From assembly GCA_963816145.1 (NCBI GenBank), contig CAWFJP010000004.1, positions 352,001 through 416,000 of the forward strand: a DNA stretch of 64,000 bases, given 5' to 3'. A program made the position numbers and the translations under genes. Source of the DNA: an uncultured delta proteobacterium (GTDB lineage Bacteria; Desulfobacterota; Binatia; UBA9968). The notes below the pieces were generated by a model, which saw nothing but the letters and a program-made list of their open reading frames with translations, did not search any database and was not told the origin of the DNA. This document shows positions 20,643 through 31,486 of the stretch, in pieces (within the stretch, counting starts at the first letter, position 1; each line of letters opens with the position of its first letter).

Positions 20643-21863
20643 GTGAACATTGACAAGCTTCTAGACTGGTGGCAGCGCGGTGTGATCGCCGCGCTCGGCA
20701 TTTCGATCCTCTTGCTCGGTATCGGCCGCCTGGAATTTTCTAGTTTCAGCCTGAGCGCCTGGAGCGTTTCGCGGACGACTTTCATTTTCTGGTTCTTAGG
20801 GAAATTGCTGCTGCTGTATCACCGTGGTTGGGCCGGGTTCGAACTGCGCCGATTAAGCGGGTTGGCGCCATTAAGTCTATTTTTTCTTGCGGCTACTTTG
20901 TCGTTACTGCCGGATTTTCGCGCGGCGGGCGATTATCGTTACTTTGCTTTCGCCTGTGGGCATGCCGTCGTGGTGGCCGATCTACTCGCGGATAAACAAC
21001 GCGCGCGCTGGACGCTTCTAGCGCTCGGAGTCCTGCCGGCGATCTTGGTCGTGCGCGGCTTGGTTAACGACCCGGCGCTCCTATCTATTAATCTGGCCCA
21101 TCGTTTCGGCTTCCCCCTAGACCACGCAAACAGCGCTGGCTTCGTTTTGGCGTTGACCTTACCGCTAAGTCTCTGGTGTATCGCAACGGAAACAGGGTGG
21201 TGGCGCCGCCTGGCTGTCGTCTCCTGCCTGCTTCAATGGCTCGCCCTAATATTGACATTTTCGCGGGCCGCTTGGCTGGGCGCAACCTTGTCGTTGCTCG
21301 CCTACGCCATCTTGCTCAAACAGTGGAAGCCGATAACCGTCGTCGTTGCAGCGATTTTCGCTGCAATACTGACTTTGCCCTCGTTTCGCGACCGTGTCTT
21401 ATCTATGGCTAATCCGCGGCAGGATGTTGCGATCAGTGAACGGCTGATGCTTGTCAGTGAGGGCATGCGATTGGGAATCGACAAGCCAATTTTGGGCGTG
21501 GGATATGGACGAGGCCGTGTGAAGGAGGCGCTGCGCGGCCGGCTGCGTGGTACCGAATACGAGAATAATTCGCTTTGGCATACGCATAATCTCTATGTGG
21601 AACTGTTTGCTGGAACTGGTCTGCTTGGCCTTGGCGCGTTTTTATGGATGGCCAGCGCAGCATTGATGCGTGCCGCGCGCTCGGCCTGGCAAGCGGCGCG
21701 GCCCGATGCATTGTTGAGCACCGCACTGGCGTCGTCATGGTTTGCCATGATTATTTGTGGACTCGGCGATGTCCCATTTTTTCACCACGAAACTCGAATT
21801 ATGCTGTTTACTCTCTTAGGGTTGATTGTCAGCGCTTGCTCAGTCGGTACCTCGCGCCAATGA
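20643..21863 (+). CDS. O-antigen ligase / O-oligosaccharyltransferase family (Wzy_C) membrane protein
   Basis: HAN, TFSRAAWL, PILGVGYG, HTHNLY, GLLG motifs and many TM segments. Start uncertain. Confidence 0.82.
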   Translation: MNIDKLLDWWQRGVIAALGISILLLGIGRLEFSSFSLSAWSVSRTTFIFWFLGKLLLLYHRGWAGFELRRLSGLAPLSLFFLAATLSLLPDFRAAGDYRYFAFACGHAVVVADLLADKQRARWTLLALGVLPAILVVRGLVNDPALLSINLAHRFGFPLDHANSAGFVLALTLPLSLWCIATETGWWRRLAVVSCLLQWLALILTFSRAAWLGATLSLLAYAILLKQWKPITVVVAAIFAAILTLPSFRDRVLSMANPRQDVAISERLMLVSEGMRLGIDKPILGVGYGRGRVKEALRGRLRGTEYENNSLWHTHNLYVELFAGTGLLGLGAFLWMASAALMRAARSAWQAARPDALLSTALASSWFAMIICGLGDVPFFHHETRIMLFTLLGLIVSACSVGTSRQ

Positions 21864-21926
21864 GAAATCCTTAGAGCGGAGTTTTGTTTGCCGGAGTGGC
21901 TTAATCTGGTATCATTCGTACCAATT

Positions 21927-22307
21927 ATGGCTGATCGACTGACCCACCCAGATAAACTTGTTGATAAACCATGGGGTTATGAGCTGATTTGGGCTCATAC
22001 CGATCGCTACGTCGGGAAGATACTGCACATCAACAAAGGGGAATCCCTGAGTTACCAGTTTCACAACATCAAGGACGAGACGATTAGGCTGCTCGCTGGC
22101 GTGCTTGAATTGGATATTGAGAAAGATGGCCAGCAACAGAAGCTGCGTTTGGCGGCGGGCGAGAGCTTGCATATTGTGCCGCTGATGAAGCATCGCATGA
22201 TCGCCATTGAGGATTGCGATGTTTTGGAGGTTTCGACGCCGGAACTCGATGACGTGGTCCGTTTGGAAGACCGCTATGGAAGAGCGGTTGCGCCAGTGCG
22301 CAAATAA
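21927..22307 (+). CDS. Cupin domain protein (mannose-6-phosphate isomerase type II-like)
   Basis: KPWGYE, LSYQFH..KDET, HRM, EVSTPELDDVVRLEDRYGR. Confidence 0.85.
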   Translation: MADRLTHPDKLVDKPWGYELIWAHTDRYVGKILHINKGESLSYQFHNIKDETIRLLAGVLELDIEKDGQQQKLRLAAGESLHIVPLMKHRMIAIEDCDVLEVSTPELDDVVRLEDRYGRAVAPVRK

Positions 22308-22327
22308 CCTTGTAACCGGGAATTTTC

Positions 22328-24028
22328 ATGGAAACACAAGCGACCTTTGCTGAGCGTCTCATCGAGCGGCAAATGCTCTCTAGCGAGGAAATGGAGCGGG
22401 TTCGCAAGCTTCAGGAGGAGCAGCATGCTCCGTTGAGCCGCTTGGTGGTCGAGCTGGGTTTTTTGTCGGAAGAAGATCTCCTGCCCGTCATGCGCGATCA
22501 TTTCGATCTGCTGCTGATGTCGCTGCGCGACGTGCCGAACACGCCGTTGCCCATCGAGTTGCCGGCGAGCATCGGCGATTTTTTCAAGTTAGCGCGTATG
22601 GTGCCGGTCAAAATCGAAGGGCGTGAACTGATCGTTGCCATTGCCGATCCTACGGAGCTGTCGCGGTTGCATGCCATCGAGCTGGCGACTGGTCTACGGG
22701 TCAAAGCGGTGCTCGCCAAAGAAAAAGAGATCGCCGCGCGCATCGAAGCTTTGTACGGTGGCAGCTACACTCCGGACGGGACGGCAGAGGAATCCGCGCA
22801 AGCGTTTGATGGGATCGCTGAAGACGAAGATGTCGCCCATCTGCGCGACATGGCGTCGGAAGTACCGGTGATCCGGCTGGTGAATCAGATGCTTGTCCGC
22901 GCCCTCGAAAGCCGGGCGTCGGATGTGCACATCGAGCCCTTCGAAAATCAATTGAAGGTACGATATCGCATCGACGGCATTTTGCACGAAGTCGAGTCGC
23001 CGCCGCGCCAGTTGAAGGGCGCAGTGATCTCGCGCCTGAAAATTCTCGCGCAGCTCAATATCGCCGAGCGGCGACTACCGCAGGATGGCCGGATCAAGAC
23101 TCGATTGGGCGGCAAGGACATCGATCTCCGTATCGCGACCGTGCCGACCCTGTACGGCGAGAGCGTCGTGATCCGCTTGCTCGAACGCGGGCAGATTTTT
23201 ACCCAGTTGGAAACCCTGGGCTTTCCGCCGGTGCAATTGGCGCGCTTTAACGAAATGATTCTCAAGCCCCACGGCATGATCTTGGTCACTGGACCGACCG
23301 GCAGCGGAAAGACCACTACGCTTTATGGCGCGCTGCAGAAGATCAACGATCCGGGCAAGAAAATCATCACCATCGAAGATCCGGTCGAGTATCAGTTGGG
23401 CGGCGTCAATCAGATCCATGTCAAGCCGCAGATCGGTTTGACTTTCGCCAACGGGCTGCGCTCGATCGTGCGCCAAGACCCCGACGTGATCATGGTCGGC
23501 GAGATTCGCGATGCCGAGACCGCCGAGATTGCCGTGCAAGCGGCGCTCACCGGCCATTTGGTATTTTCCACGCTGCATACTAACGATGCCGCCGGCGCAA
23601 TCTCCCGGCTTTTGGAGATGGGCGTGCAGGATTATCTGCTGTCGTCGTCGTTGCTTGGGGTCTTGGCGCAGCGCTTGGTGCGCCGCCTCTGTCCAGACTG
23701 TCGCAAAGAGGTGCCGTTTACTGGTCTGGAAGGCGTGGCGCCCGAGATGGCGCTGGCTAATAGCGAAGCCTTGCATACGATCTGGGAAGCGGCCGGCTGC
23801 GAAGCCTGTAGCGGTACCGGTTACCTCGGTCGTGTCGGTGTCTTTGAGCTTCTGCCGGTGACTGCGGATATTTGCAAGTTGATCAACCAAAAGGCCGATG
23901 CCAACGCCATCCGTAATCTTGCCGTCCAGCAGGGCATGCGTCTACTCCGTGAGGATGCCTGGGATAAAGTACGGCGGGGGATGACGACTTTGGCGGAGGT
24001 CGTGCGTGTGACCCGCGAAGAAGGATAG
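22328..24028 (+). CDS. gspE: Type II secretion ATPase
   Basis: ASDVHIEP, GPTGSGKT, TIEDPVE, RQDPDVIMVGEIRD, TGHLVFSTLHTN, CxxC pairs. Confidence 0.95.
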   Translation: METQATFAERLIERQMLSSEEMERVRKLQEEQHAPLSRLVVELGFLSEEDLLPVMRDHFDLLLMSLRDVPNTPLPIELPASIGDFFKLARMVPVKIEGRELIVAIADPTELSRLHAIELATGLRVKAVLAKEKEIAARIEALYGGSYTPDGTAEESAQAFDGIAEDEDVAHLRDMASEVPVIRLVNQMLVRALESRASDVHIEPFENQLKVRYRIDGILHEVESPPRQLKGAVISRLKILAQLNIAERRLPQDGRIKTRLGGKDIDLRIATVPTLYGESVVIRLLERGQIFTQLETLGFPPVQLARFNEMILKPHGMILVTGPTGSGKTTTLYGALQKINDPGKKIITIEDPVEYQLGGVNQIHVKPQIGLTFANGLRSIVRQDPDVIMVGEIRDAETAEIAVQAALTGHLVFSTLHTNDAAGAISRLLEMGVQDYLLSSSLLGVLAQRLVRRLCPDCRKEVPFTGLEGVAPEMALANSEALHTIWEAAGCEACSGTGYLGRVGVFELLPVTADICKLINQKADANAIRNLAVQQGMRLLREDAWDKVRRGMTTLAEVVRVTREEG

Positions 24029-24083
24029 GCGCGCAAATCTATTCGGCGATTCCTGATACCAGATCGTGGCGTAAACAATAATT

Positions 24084-25301
24084 ATGGCGTTTTACCAATA
24101 TCGGGCCGCGGACCAAGCCGGTAAAGTCGTCGAGGGCGTAATGGAGGCCGATGCCGAACAGAGCGTCGTGTCGCGCTTGCGCGAGATGGGCTGTATCCCG
24201 CTGCGCATCGCCATGCCGAGCGAGCGCGCGGTTGGTGCGGCGCGCCAGGCACGGCCGCTGTTCGAAAAACGCAAGGTCAGCCAGCAGCAGTTGCTTCAGT
24301 TTACCCGTGAGATGGCCACCTTGCTCAATGCCGGCTTACCGCTTGACCGGAGCCTGTCAATTCTTGGCAATCTGTTTGAAGGCGCTGAATTCAGTAAAAC
24401 CTTGCGCTCGCTGGTTGAAGCCGTGCGCGCCGGCAAATCCCTCGCTGCATCCATGGGTGAACACCCACAAGTTTTCCCACGTATCTATGTCAACATGATC
24501 CGCGCCGGCGAGGCCGGGGGTATATTGGAAAGCGTGCTGCGCTATTTGACCGAGTATTTGGAGAGCACCACGGCGCTCAAGGAGGAGATCAAGTCGGCCT
24601 TGATCTACCCGATCATTCTGGCCACGGCCGCCGGAACCTCATTGATCCTTTTGTTTGTCTTGGTTATTCCAAAGTTCGCCGCTCTGTTTCGCGATAATCG
24701 CAAAGCGATTCCCTGGATCACTCAAGCCGTTATCGGCTTTAGCGAGATGCTGTCCCAGTATGGTTGGCTGATATTGTTGGTGATTACTGTGGTGGCGGCC
24801 GGGGCGATTTTTTACGTGAAAAGTCCGGAGGGTAGAAGCGAGTGGGATCGGCTATGCTTGAAGGCTTGGCTGATCGGCGATTTGGTGCGCAAGTTTGAAA
24901 CCGCCCGTTTCTCGCGGACGCTGTCCGCGTTACTCAGAGGCGGCGTGCCATTGCTCGAAGCGTTGGGCACCGTTCAAGGCGTGGTTGGCAACCGGCTCTT
25001 GTCTCGGGCCATTGGCCAGGTGCAGGTGCGGGTGCGCGAAGGCAAGGGCATGGCGCGACCGTTGAGCGAGAGTGGTTTGTTTCCGATTCTGGCTCTCAAC
25101 ATGATCGCGGTGGGCGAAGAGTCGGGCAAGTTGGATGGCATGTTATCCGAAGTGGCGTCGTTCTACGATCAAGAGGTCAGGCGGTCGACGAAAAGATTAA
25201 CTGCTTTGTTGGAGCCCATATTGATATTGGGGATGGGTCTGATCATCGCAGTGGTCGTCATCTCCATGTTGATGGCGATTTTCAGTATCAATGATATTTA
25301 A
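24084..25301 (+). CDS. gspF: Type II secretion inner-membrane platform protein
   Basis: Two T2SSF repeats (AGEAGG, GEESGKL), ALIYP, LLEP. Confidence 0.95.
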   Translation: MAFYQYRAADQAGKVVEGVMEADAEQSVVSRLREMGCIPLRIAMPSERAVGAARQARPLFEKRKVSQQQLLQFTREMATLLNAGLPLDRSLSILGNLFEGAEFSKTLRSLVEAVRAGKSLAASMGEHPQVFPRIYVNMIRAGEAGGILESVLRYLTEYLESTTALKEEIKSALIYPIILATAAGTSLILLFVLVIPKFAALFRDNRKAIPWITQAVIGFSEMLSQYGWLILLVITVVAAGAIFYVKSPEGRSEWDRLCLKAWLIGDLVRKFETARFSRTLSALLRGGVPLLEALGTVQGVVGNRLLSRAIGQVQVRVREGKGMARPLSESGLFPILALNMIAVGEESGKLDGMLSEVASFYDQEVRRSTKRLTALLEPILILGMGLIIAVVVISMLMAIFSINDI

Positions 25302-25314
25302 CGAAAATCATCCT

Positions 25315-25737
25315 ATGAACACGATTAAGAACCAAGCTGGGTTTACTCTGATGGAAATGATCATCGTAGTCGTGATCATCGGTCTGTTGGCTGGGCTTGT
25401 CGCGCCAAATTTAATAAAACGTCAAGGGCAAGCCGAGAGCAAAACCGCCAGAGCGCAAATTGAGCTGTTCGGCACGGCCCTCGATACTTTCCGCCTCGAT
25501 GTCGGCCGCTATCCGACCAGCCAAGAAGGACTGGCAGCTTTGATGCAGAAGCCCGGCGGCGCCGACCGCTGGGATGGTCCCTACCTGAAAAAAGATTTGC
25601 CGCCCGATCCGTGGGGTAAGCCCTACACCTACAAGAGTCCGGGGGATCATGGCCCGTACGATATTATTTCCTATGGCGCTGATGGCGCCCCAGGGGGCGA
25701 TGACAACAACCGTGACATTACCAGCTGGGAAAGATAG
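25315..25737 (+). CDS. gspG: Major pseudopilin
   Basis: G|FTLMEM prepilin site, GRYPT, GPYL, DPWG, GADG..GG Ca-binding loop. Confidence 0.95.
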   Translation: MNTIKNQAGFTLMEMIIVVVIIGLLAGLVAPNLIKRQGQAESKTARAQIELFGTALDTFRLDVGRYPTSQEGLAALMQKPGGADRWDGPYLKKDLPPDPWGKPYTYKSPGDHGPYDIISYGADGAPGGDDNNRDITSWER

Positions 25738-26179
25738 CCGGGGATTTTCCCTCCTTGAGATGGTCTTGGTGCTAGTGGTGATGGGCATCAGCATGGCAAT
25801 CGTCGTGCCCAATATCGGCCGGCGCTTACAGGAGCGCGAGGTGCGCAGTTCGGCGCTCAGCTTGGCTGCGCTGGCGCGGGATCTGCGCAGCCGCGCTTTA
25901 CTCGATGGTATCGCGCAGCAATTGGTCGTCAGCATGCCGAACAATACATACCTCGTTCCAAAACAACGCGAGATTCATCTGCCCCAAGATATCCGCATCG
26001 CCTCCATCGAAGGCGGCGAAGCGGTGGAGCGCGACACCAAGCGATTCTATTTCTTTCCCAATGGCAGCAGCCTAGGCGGCGAGATTGTCATTACCGACAG
26101 TGCCAATGCAATTTCGTATCGCATTCGCATGGAACCTCTCACCGGTAAGATCGAAGTCGCGCGCGGCGATAATTCATGA
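25700..26179 (+). CDS. gspH: Minor pseudopilin
   Basis: G|FSLLEM, FFPNGSSLGG, TG at C-terminus. Confidence 0.85.
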   Translation: MTTTVTLPAGKDSRGFSLLEMVLVLVVMGISMAIVVPNIGRRLQEREVRSSALSLAALARDLRSRALLDGIAQQLVVSMPNNTYLVPKQREIHLPQDIRIASIEGGEAVERDTKRFYFFPNGSSLGGEIVITDSANAISYRIRMEPLTGKIEVARGDNS

Positions 26180-26586
26180 AACCTGCCATACGACACAGCA
26201 AAGCCGGATTTACTTTGCTCGAGGTGCTGGTCGCTATGACCATCGTCGGTTTCGGCGTGGTGACATTGCTGCAAATATTTTCCCTCGGCCTGCGCTTGGG
26301 GTCGCGCAGCAACGTCCAGACCGAGGCGATCGCCCAAGGCGCGCGGGTCATGGACGAGTTGCTCGCCCGGCCTATGCTTCGTGACGGTTCCGAGAGTGGC
26401 AGGGTGGCGCCAGCCAGCCGCTGGCGCGCGCAGATTCAAACGCTCCGCGATGCCACGCCATCCCTCAATCTCGGCAGTAACTGGGAACTTAAGGAAATCG
26501 GTTTGGAAATGACCGTGCCTGATGGCGACAGAGAACGCCGGGTAGAGCTCAAGACGTTGCGCCTCGCGCGCAAGGGCAATCCATGA
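26176..26586 (+). CDS. gspI: Minor pseudopilin
   Basis: G|FTLLEVLVA, position in operon, ATGA-type coupling. Confidence 0.85.
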   Translation: MKPAIRHSKAGFTLLEVLVAMTIVGFGVVTLLQIFSLGLRLGSRSNVQTEAIAQGARVMDELLARPMLRDGSESGRVAPASRWRAQIQTLRDATPSLNLGSNWELKEIGLEMTVPDGDRERRVELKTLRLARKGNP

Positions 26587-27251
26587 GTTCGCGATTTAGC
26601 TCGATTCCGTGCGCCGGCACGCCGCCAACAGGGCGCCTTCGGCGCGCTACTGGCTTTACTCTAATCGAAGTGGTGCTGGCTATCTCTATCTTCGCGCTCA
26701 TGGGGGGGGTCCTTTATGGCGCGTTTTCTCTCGGCCACACGGCGGTGGAAAAATCCGAGAAAAGTTTTAACCGCAGCCAACTGACTCGATCCATCGGCGA
26801 TCTCCTGGCGACTTATATCCACTCCGCTTATCCCTACCGCGAGTCGATTCAAGAACAGACGATTTTTTTCGAAGGCGAGCGCGACAGTCTGACTTTCGTC
26901 TCGGCTTACTCGCACGCCATGGGCGGGCGCGGCATGGCTGTGATCGTCATCGAGACGGAGGAGACTGACAACGGCCGGGCGAGATTTCGACTCTCCGAGA
27001 CCACGCCGGTGCGGGTTGGCGCCGATAGCGGCGAAGGCGGGCAGCGCTCTAGCTTGGTGATTCAGGAAGGCGTTCGCGATTTCCAACTCGCTTATCTCGA
27101 TACCGAGGGCGACAAAGAAAACTGGGAGGAGCGCTGGGACGGAAAAGAGCGGCGCCGCCTGCCGCGAGCGGTACGCATGTCGTTTATCGATGCCGAAGGC
27201 AAAGAAGTGCGCTGGGTTTTCCCCTTCATGTTGGCGGTGCTGTCGCAATGA
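26583..27251 (+). CDS. gspJ: Minor pseudopilin
   Basis: G|FTLIEV, WEERWD...LPRAV C-terminal motif. Confidence 0.88.
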   Translation: MSSRFSSIPCAGTPPTGRLRRATGFTLIEVVLAISIFALMGGVLYGAFSLGHTAVEKSEKSFNRSQLTRSIGDLLATYIHSAYPYRESIQEQTIFFEGERDSLTFVSAYSHAMGGRGMAVIVIETEETDNGRARFRLSETTPVRVGADSGEGGQRSSLVIQEGVRDFQLAYLDTEGDKENWEERWDGKERRRLPRAVRMSFIDAEGKEVRWVFPFMLAVLSQ

Positions 27252-28267
27252 GGACCGCGGTTCGAAAAGCGTTCCGCGTACGGCTAGGCAATCAGCGTGG
27301 TGTGGCGCTGATCGTGGTTCTATGGATCTTTATTTTTCTCTTCGTCGTCGCCTTCGATTTTAGCGCCACGGTGCGTGAAGAAGCGGCGGCAACCCATCGT
27401 TTTAGCGATGAGACTCAGGGTTACTATCTGGCTTTGGCGGGTTTTCAGCGCGGCTTGTACGATTTCGTCCAGCAGGCCGGCGGCGGCAACCCGCAGGCCG
27501 ATGCGAAGCAGAATGATTTGTTCGATGGCAGTTGGCGCGAGGAGAAGCTCGGCAGCGGGATGTTTCGTGTGCGGCTGGTTGACGAGGGTGGCAAGATCAA
27601 CCTCAATCGCGTCGACGAGCAGATCTTGCGCCGGGTATTGACCAACCTTGGGGTGGAAGGCTCGGTGGCGGATATTCTGGCAGACTCGATCATGGACTGG
27701 CGCGATCCCGACGACCTTCATCGCACTAACGGCGCGGAAAGCGACTATTATAGTTCGCTGTCGCCGGCTTACACGGCGAAGAACGGGCCTCTCGATAGCG
27801 TCGAGGATCTACTGTGGATTCGCGGCATGACGCCGGCGTTGTTTTACGGCTCTTCTGATGACGCCGGTGATACGCGGTCGGAGCGCGCGCCGCGAGTTGG
27901 GTTGCGCGATGTCTTTACCATCGATAGTCCCATCGACCGGGTCAATCTGCGTACCGCGACGGCGGAAGTGATTCACGCGTTGACCGGCATTCCGATGGAC
28001 AAATGCCGCAACTTCGTCGAGGAACGCAAACGCTTGTCGGAAAAAACCATGACCGACTTGCTGCCGCTCTTGGGTATCGGTTCGGGCGACACGGCGTTGC
28101 AGTCGTTTATATTTACCAACCCATCGGTGGTTGCCGTCGATGCCGAAGGCCGGCCGACGGATGCCCGCGCGGCGCGCCGCGTCAAAGGCGTGGTTCGGCT
28201 GGGCGGCGCCCAGGGATTTGAGATTTTACGCTGGCTGGATCGTGAGATTGGACTATCGCAACCTTGA
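27248..28267 (+). CDS. gspK: Minor pseudopilin
   Basis: G|VALIVVLW, DEGGKINLN, DWRDPD, GAESDYY, VNLRTA. Confidence 0.92.
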   Translation: MRTAVRKAFRVRLGNQRGVALIVVLWIFIFLFVVAFDFSATVREEAAATHRFSDETQGYYLALAGFQRGLYDFVQQAGGGNPQADAKQNDLFDGSWREEKLGSGMFRVRLVDEGGKINLNRVDEQILRRVLTNLGVEGSVADILADSIMDWRDPDDLHRTNGAESDYYSSLSPAYTAKNGPLDSVEDLLWIRGMTPALFYGSSDDAGDTRSERAPRVGLRDVFTIDSPIDRVNLRTATAEVIHALTGIPMDKCRNFVEERKRLSEKTMTDLLPLLGIGSGDTALQSFIFTNPSVVAVDAEGRPTDARAARRVKGVVRLGGAQGFEILRWLDREIGLSQP

Positions 28268-28318
28268 GGTTTCATGTAAAATGAACCCGTTAACTGCATT
28301 TATGCCCCGCGAATACCC

Positions 28319-29914
28319 ATGGCTCTAGGACAGCGTTTACAAGATTTGTCCCGCGCCGACTTTCTCAGCAGCGTCGGTCTTTACGTCATGCAGGACCGTC
28401 TGGTGATGGTGCGGCTGCGCAAAAGCTTTCTCAACGTCTCGCTGCTCGACGAGCAAGAACGAGAGCTTCCCCAGAGCGACACTCGACCGGCAATCGCCGA
28501 TATCACCGGCTGGGTGGCCGAGGACATCAAAGAGATCGCGCTGAAAGCCGAGAGCGATTCGCGCGAGCGCAGCCTGCGCCAGGCGATGGTTTCTTTGTTG
28601 CCCCATTTCAATGCTGGCCGCGACGCGGTTTATCTGTGTATCCCGCAAGATCAGGTGATGATGCAACAAATATTCCTGCCCTTGGCGGCGCAGGACACTA
28701 TCGACCAAGTCTTGGAATATGAAATCGAACGGCAGTTGCCTTTTCGCCGCGATGAGATCTATTACGACTATCTCGCCGCTGGTAAAAAAGGCGAGAAGCT
28801 AAGCCTGTATATCGTCGCGGTGCAGAAAAAGCTTGTCGACAGTCTGGTGAACTTGCTCGAATCTTTCGGCATCAAGCCCGCGGGTGTTGAACCTGATATC
28901 ACCGCGCTCCTCAATTACGCGCTTTATGCCGCCGGCCCAAACAGCGGCCGTACGGCTATCCTGGCGGCGAGCGCGCAGAGCTGGGACGTGCTTGGGGTCG
29001 AGACCAAAGCGGGCAGTTGGAACCGTTCGCTTCAACTGCTGTTTTCGCACCGCTTGCCGAATTCGGAATGGGCTCAGGGCGCCAGCCGAGAACTACTGCT
29101 GCAAGATCTCGTCGATGTCGGCAAGTGCTATCGTTGGGGCACTCTCGGTGCGGTGACCGGCTTGCCGGCGGAAAAATTTGCTGCCGCCGAGGATCTCGGT
29201 TCGTTGGACAGTCATCGTTTGAGTGGTCTCAAATCACCTCCCCCTGAGGCAGCATTGCCAGCAGTGGGCGCTGCGCTGCGCGGGATTCGTGAAGCCTCGG
29301 TCATCAGCAATTTCTTGCGCCATGAGAATCCCGAGTCAGCAGGAGGCAAGTCGCTGTCGATGCTCAATACTATTTTGGGCGGGCTTCTGGTGCTCACGTT
29401 AATTGCCTGGGTACTCAGTTATCCGATTAAAGACGAAATGCGCTTGCGCCAGTTGCAACGGGAGAATCAGAAGTTCGAGCCGGCAATCGAGGCGTTGCGC
29501 CGCGAAGAAAATCAATTACAACAGCTGAACAAAGAAGTTAGCGCCTTGGCCGATCTGCAAGGGCGCCGGGGCGAAGTGCTGAGAATCCTCGACGAGCTGT
29601 CGAAGGTGGTTCCCAACAACGCTCATTTGTCCAATCTGCGCTACCGCTCTGGAGTGTTAGAAGTCCAAGGCAACGCCGAAAGTGCCTCGGCGCTGATTCC
29701 GCTGTTGGAGCGCTCGCCGGTTTTTGAGAACGTGGCATTTAACGCGCCGTCCAACCGCGGCCGGGACAACCGCGAAACATTTTCATTGAAGGCCGATGTG
29801 GAAAAATTCAAGGAGTCCGCCAAGGAGCCGCCGCCAGCTACCAAAGCAGTTACCAAAGAGGCTCCGAAAGAGGCCCCGAAGGTGACCCCCAAAGAAAGTA
29901 AATCGAAGTCATGA
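28319..29914 (+). CDS. gspL: T2SS assembly platform protein GspL (PilM-like cytoplasmic domain, TM, PilN-like domain)
   Basis: LEYEIERQLPF, single TM, coiled coil, LDELSKVVP...LERSPVFENV. Confidence 0.8.
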   Translation: MALGQRLQDLSRADFLSSVGLYVMQDRLVMVRLRKSFLNVSLLDEQERELPQSDTRPAIADITGWVAEDIKEIALKAESDSRERSLRQAMVSLLPHFNAGRDAVYLCIPQDQVMMQQIFLPLAAQDTIDQVLEYEIERQLPFRRDEIYYDYLAAGKKGEKLSLYIVAVQKKLVDSLVNLLESFGIKPAGVEPDITALLNYALYAAGPNSGRTAILAASAQSWDVLGVETKAGSWNRSLQLLFSHRLPNSEWAQGASRELLLQDLVDVGKCYRWGTLGAVTGLPAEKFAAAEDLGSLDSHRLSGLKSPPPEAALPAVGAALRGIREASVISNFLRHENPESAGGKSLSMLNTILGGLLVLTLIAWVLSYPIKDEMRLRQLQRENQKFEPAIEALRREENQLQQLNKEVSALADLQGRRGEVLRILDELSKVVPNNAHLSNLRYRSGVLEVQGNAESASALIPLLERSPVFENVAFNAPSNRGRDNRETFSLKADVEKFKESAKEPPPATKAVTKEAPKEAPKVTPKESKSKS

Positions 29915-30579
29915 AGCAATTCTGGCAAAGGTTGTCGCAACGCGAACGCGGATTGGTCTATTTGACCGGCGCGATTCTGTTGTTCTTTATCGGCAAGGCT
30001 GCGATTGCCACGCCGTTGCTTGAGCGCCAGGCCAGAATTAAGGGACAACTCGAGAGCCAACCGCAGTTGTTGCAAAGGAATCTGCGCTATTTAAGCCAAA
30101 AGGATTCGCTTTTGGCGGCGCTGGAAGTTGCGCGCAATCAGATCAAATCGATCGAACCGGCATTGCTAACTGGGGATACGCCTTCGGTGACCGCCTCTGA
30201 TCTTCAAGAGACGGTGCAATCGTTAGCGACTCGCGAGGGCACGCAGGTGATCACGACCCGGGTGCTCAATCCCGAGCCGAGCGGCTCGTTCTCCAAGATC
30301 GCGATCCAAATGGAGATCGGCGGCCAGGTCCAACAACTGGCCAACTTGATTCGCAGCATCGAAAGCTCGCAAAAGCTCCTGGTGATAGATGAGATCAATG
30401 TTCGATCGTTGTTCCGTCCCGTTGGTTTCCCTCAGGCGCCTGGGTCGCAACCGGCAGCACAACAAAACCTTAGAGTGAGCCTCACCGTCATTGGCTATGC
30501 CCGGGCGCAACCAGCTGCCGCGGCGAAACCTGAAGGTCCAGCGGGACCGGCGAAAGCAGCGCCGGATAAGCGCGTCTAG
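29911..30579 (+). CDS. gspM: T2SS assembly platform protein GspM
   Basis: LSQRER, TM, coiled coil and ferredoxin-like C-terminus. Position after gspL. Confidence 0.8.
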   Translation: MKQFWQRLSQRERGLVYLTGAILLFFIGKAAIATPLLERQARIKGQLESQPQLLQRNLRYLSQKDSLLAALEVARNQIKSIEPALLTGDTPSVTASDLQETVQSLATREGTQVITTRVLNPEPSGSFSKIAIQMEIGGQVQQLANLIRSIESSQKLLVIDEINVRSLFRPVGFPQAPGSQPAAQQNLRVSLTVIGYARAQPAAAAKPEGPAGPAKAAPDKRV

Positions 30580-30826
30580 GTCGAGTTCGACCGGCAGTGA
30601 ACTCCGTCGTGCGTAACTGGAGTATGGCGTACTTTGCTTGAAAATGAGCGCTAGTTTGAGCGGTGCTAAATTTGGACATTAAGGTATTAAACTCCAAAAC
30701 GACATTGTATAATCGGGTGCCGAATTGAACTTGTGGCGCAACCGGGTAAACTTGAGCGACTTCTGACCCAAGAGCGGCTGGAGGAAAAGCGATATTCTTA
30801 CTCGATCCGCACTCTTAAGCATTGTT

Positions 30827-31486
30827 ATGGCGGTGGCCATCGGATTGGTCGCATGGACGACTTATCGCTCTTGGCGCGCGGGGCCTTGGGATATCCCGGG
30901 ACCCATAGCGCAGCGGCCGGCGGCGATTGTCACTCAGACGCAGATTTCGCTGGCACCGCGGTCGCCGATCGGCACCGAAGCGATCATCAGCAAGAATCTT
31001 TTTGATCCGGAACGAGGCGCGGGGGCCTCGCGTGATGCGGAAGAAAACTCGCGTGCTGTGCAACGGGTGCGCGGCATGGTTCTAATGGGCACAGTAATTA
31101 TTGGCAATAACCGCGTGGCGATTTTGCAGGATGGGACAAACTCTGCGCCCGGTCAGCCCATTCCCGGCCAACGCCCGCCAGCCCAACCGGCGGCGATGAT
31201 GCGCTTAAAAGTTGGCGACTCGCTTGAAGGGTTTAGGCTCACCGAGATTGCCGATCAGCGGGTGGTTTTCGCGCGTGACGCTACACGGGTTGAAGTGTTG
31301 CTAGACTTCTTTCGCAAAGTCGACAATGTTTCACCTCGGCCGGTTGCTGCGTCGGGGCCGGTTGCTGTGCCGGGGCAGATTCAAGCGCCGCCTGTGGGGG
31401 CGCCCGTACCCGTGCCGCGGGTTTTGCCCAACTTGCCAAGACGGGGCCGAATACCGGTTCCAGGAAGCGGCAGCCCCGAGTCATGA
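30827..31486 (+). CDS. GspC/XpsN-like protein
   Basis: N-terminal TM, KNLFDPER, LMGTVI...AIL, VGDSLEGFRLTEI...VVF (HR domain-like), Pro-rich tail. Sits before the secretin. Confidence 0.65.
   Translation: MAVAIGLVAWTTYRSWRAGPWDIPGPIAQRPAAIVTQTQISLAPRSPIGTEAIISKNLFDPERGAGASRDAEENSRAVQRVRGMVLMGTVIIGNNRVAILQDGTNSAPGQPIPGQRPPAQPAAMMRLKVGDSLEGFRLTEIADQRVVFARDATRVEVLLDFFRKVDNVSPRPVAASGPVAVPGQIQAPPVGAPVPVPRVLPNLPRRGRIPVPGSGSPES

Noticed and set aside
23075-23890. 271-aa minus-strand ORF
   Set aside because: Antisense shadow of gspE.
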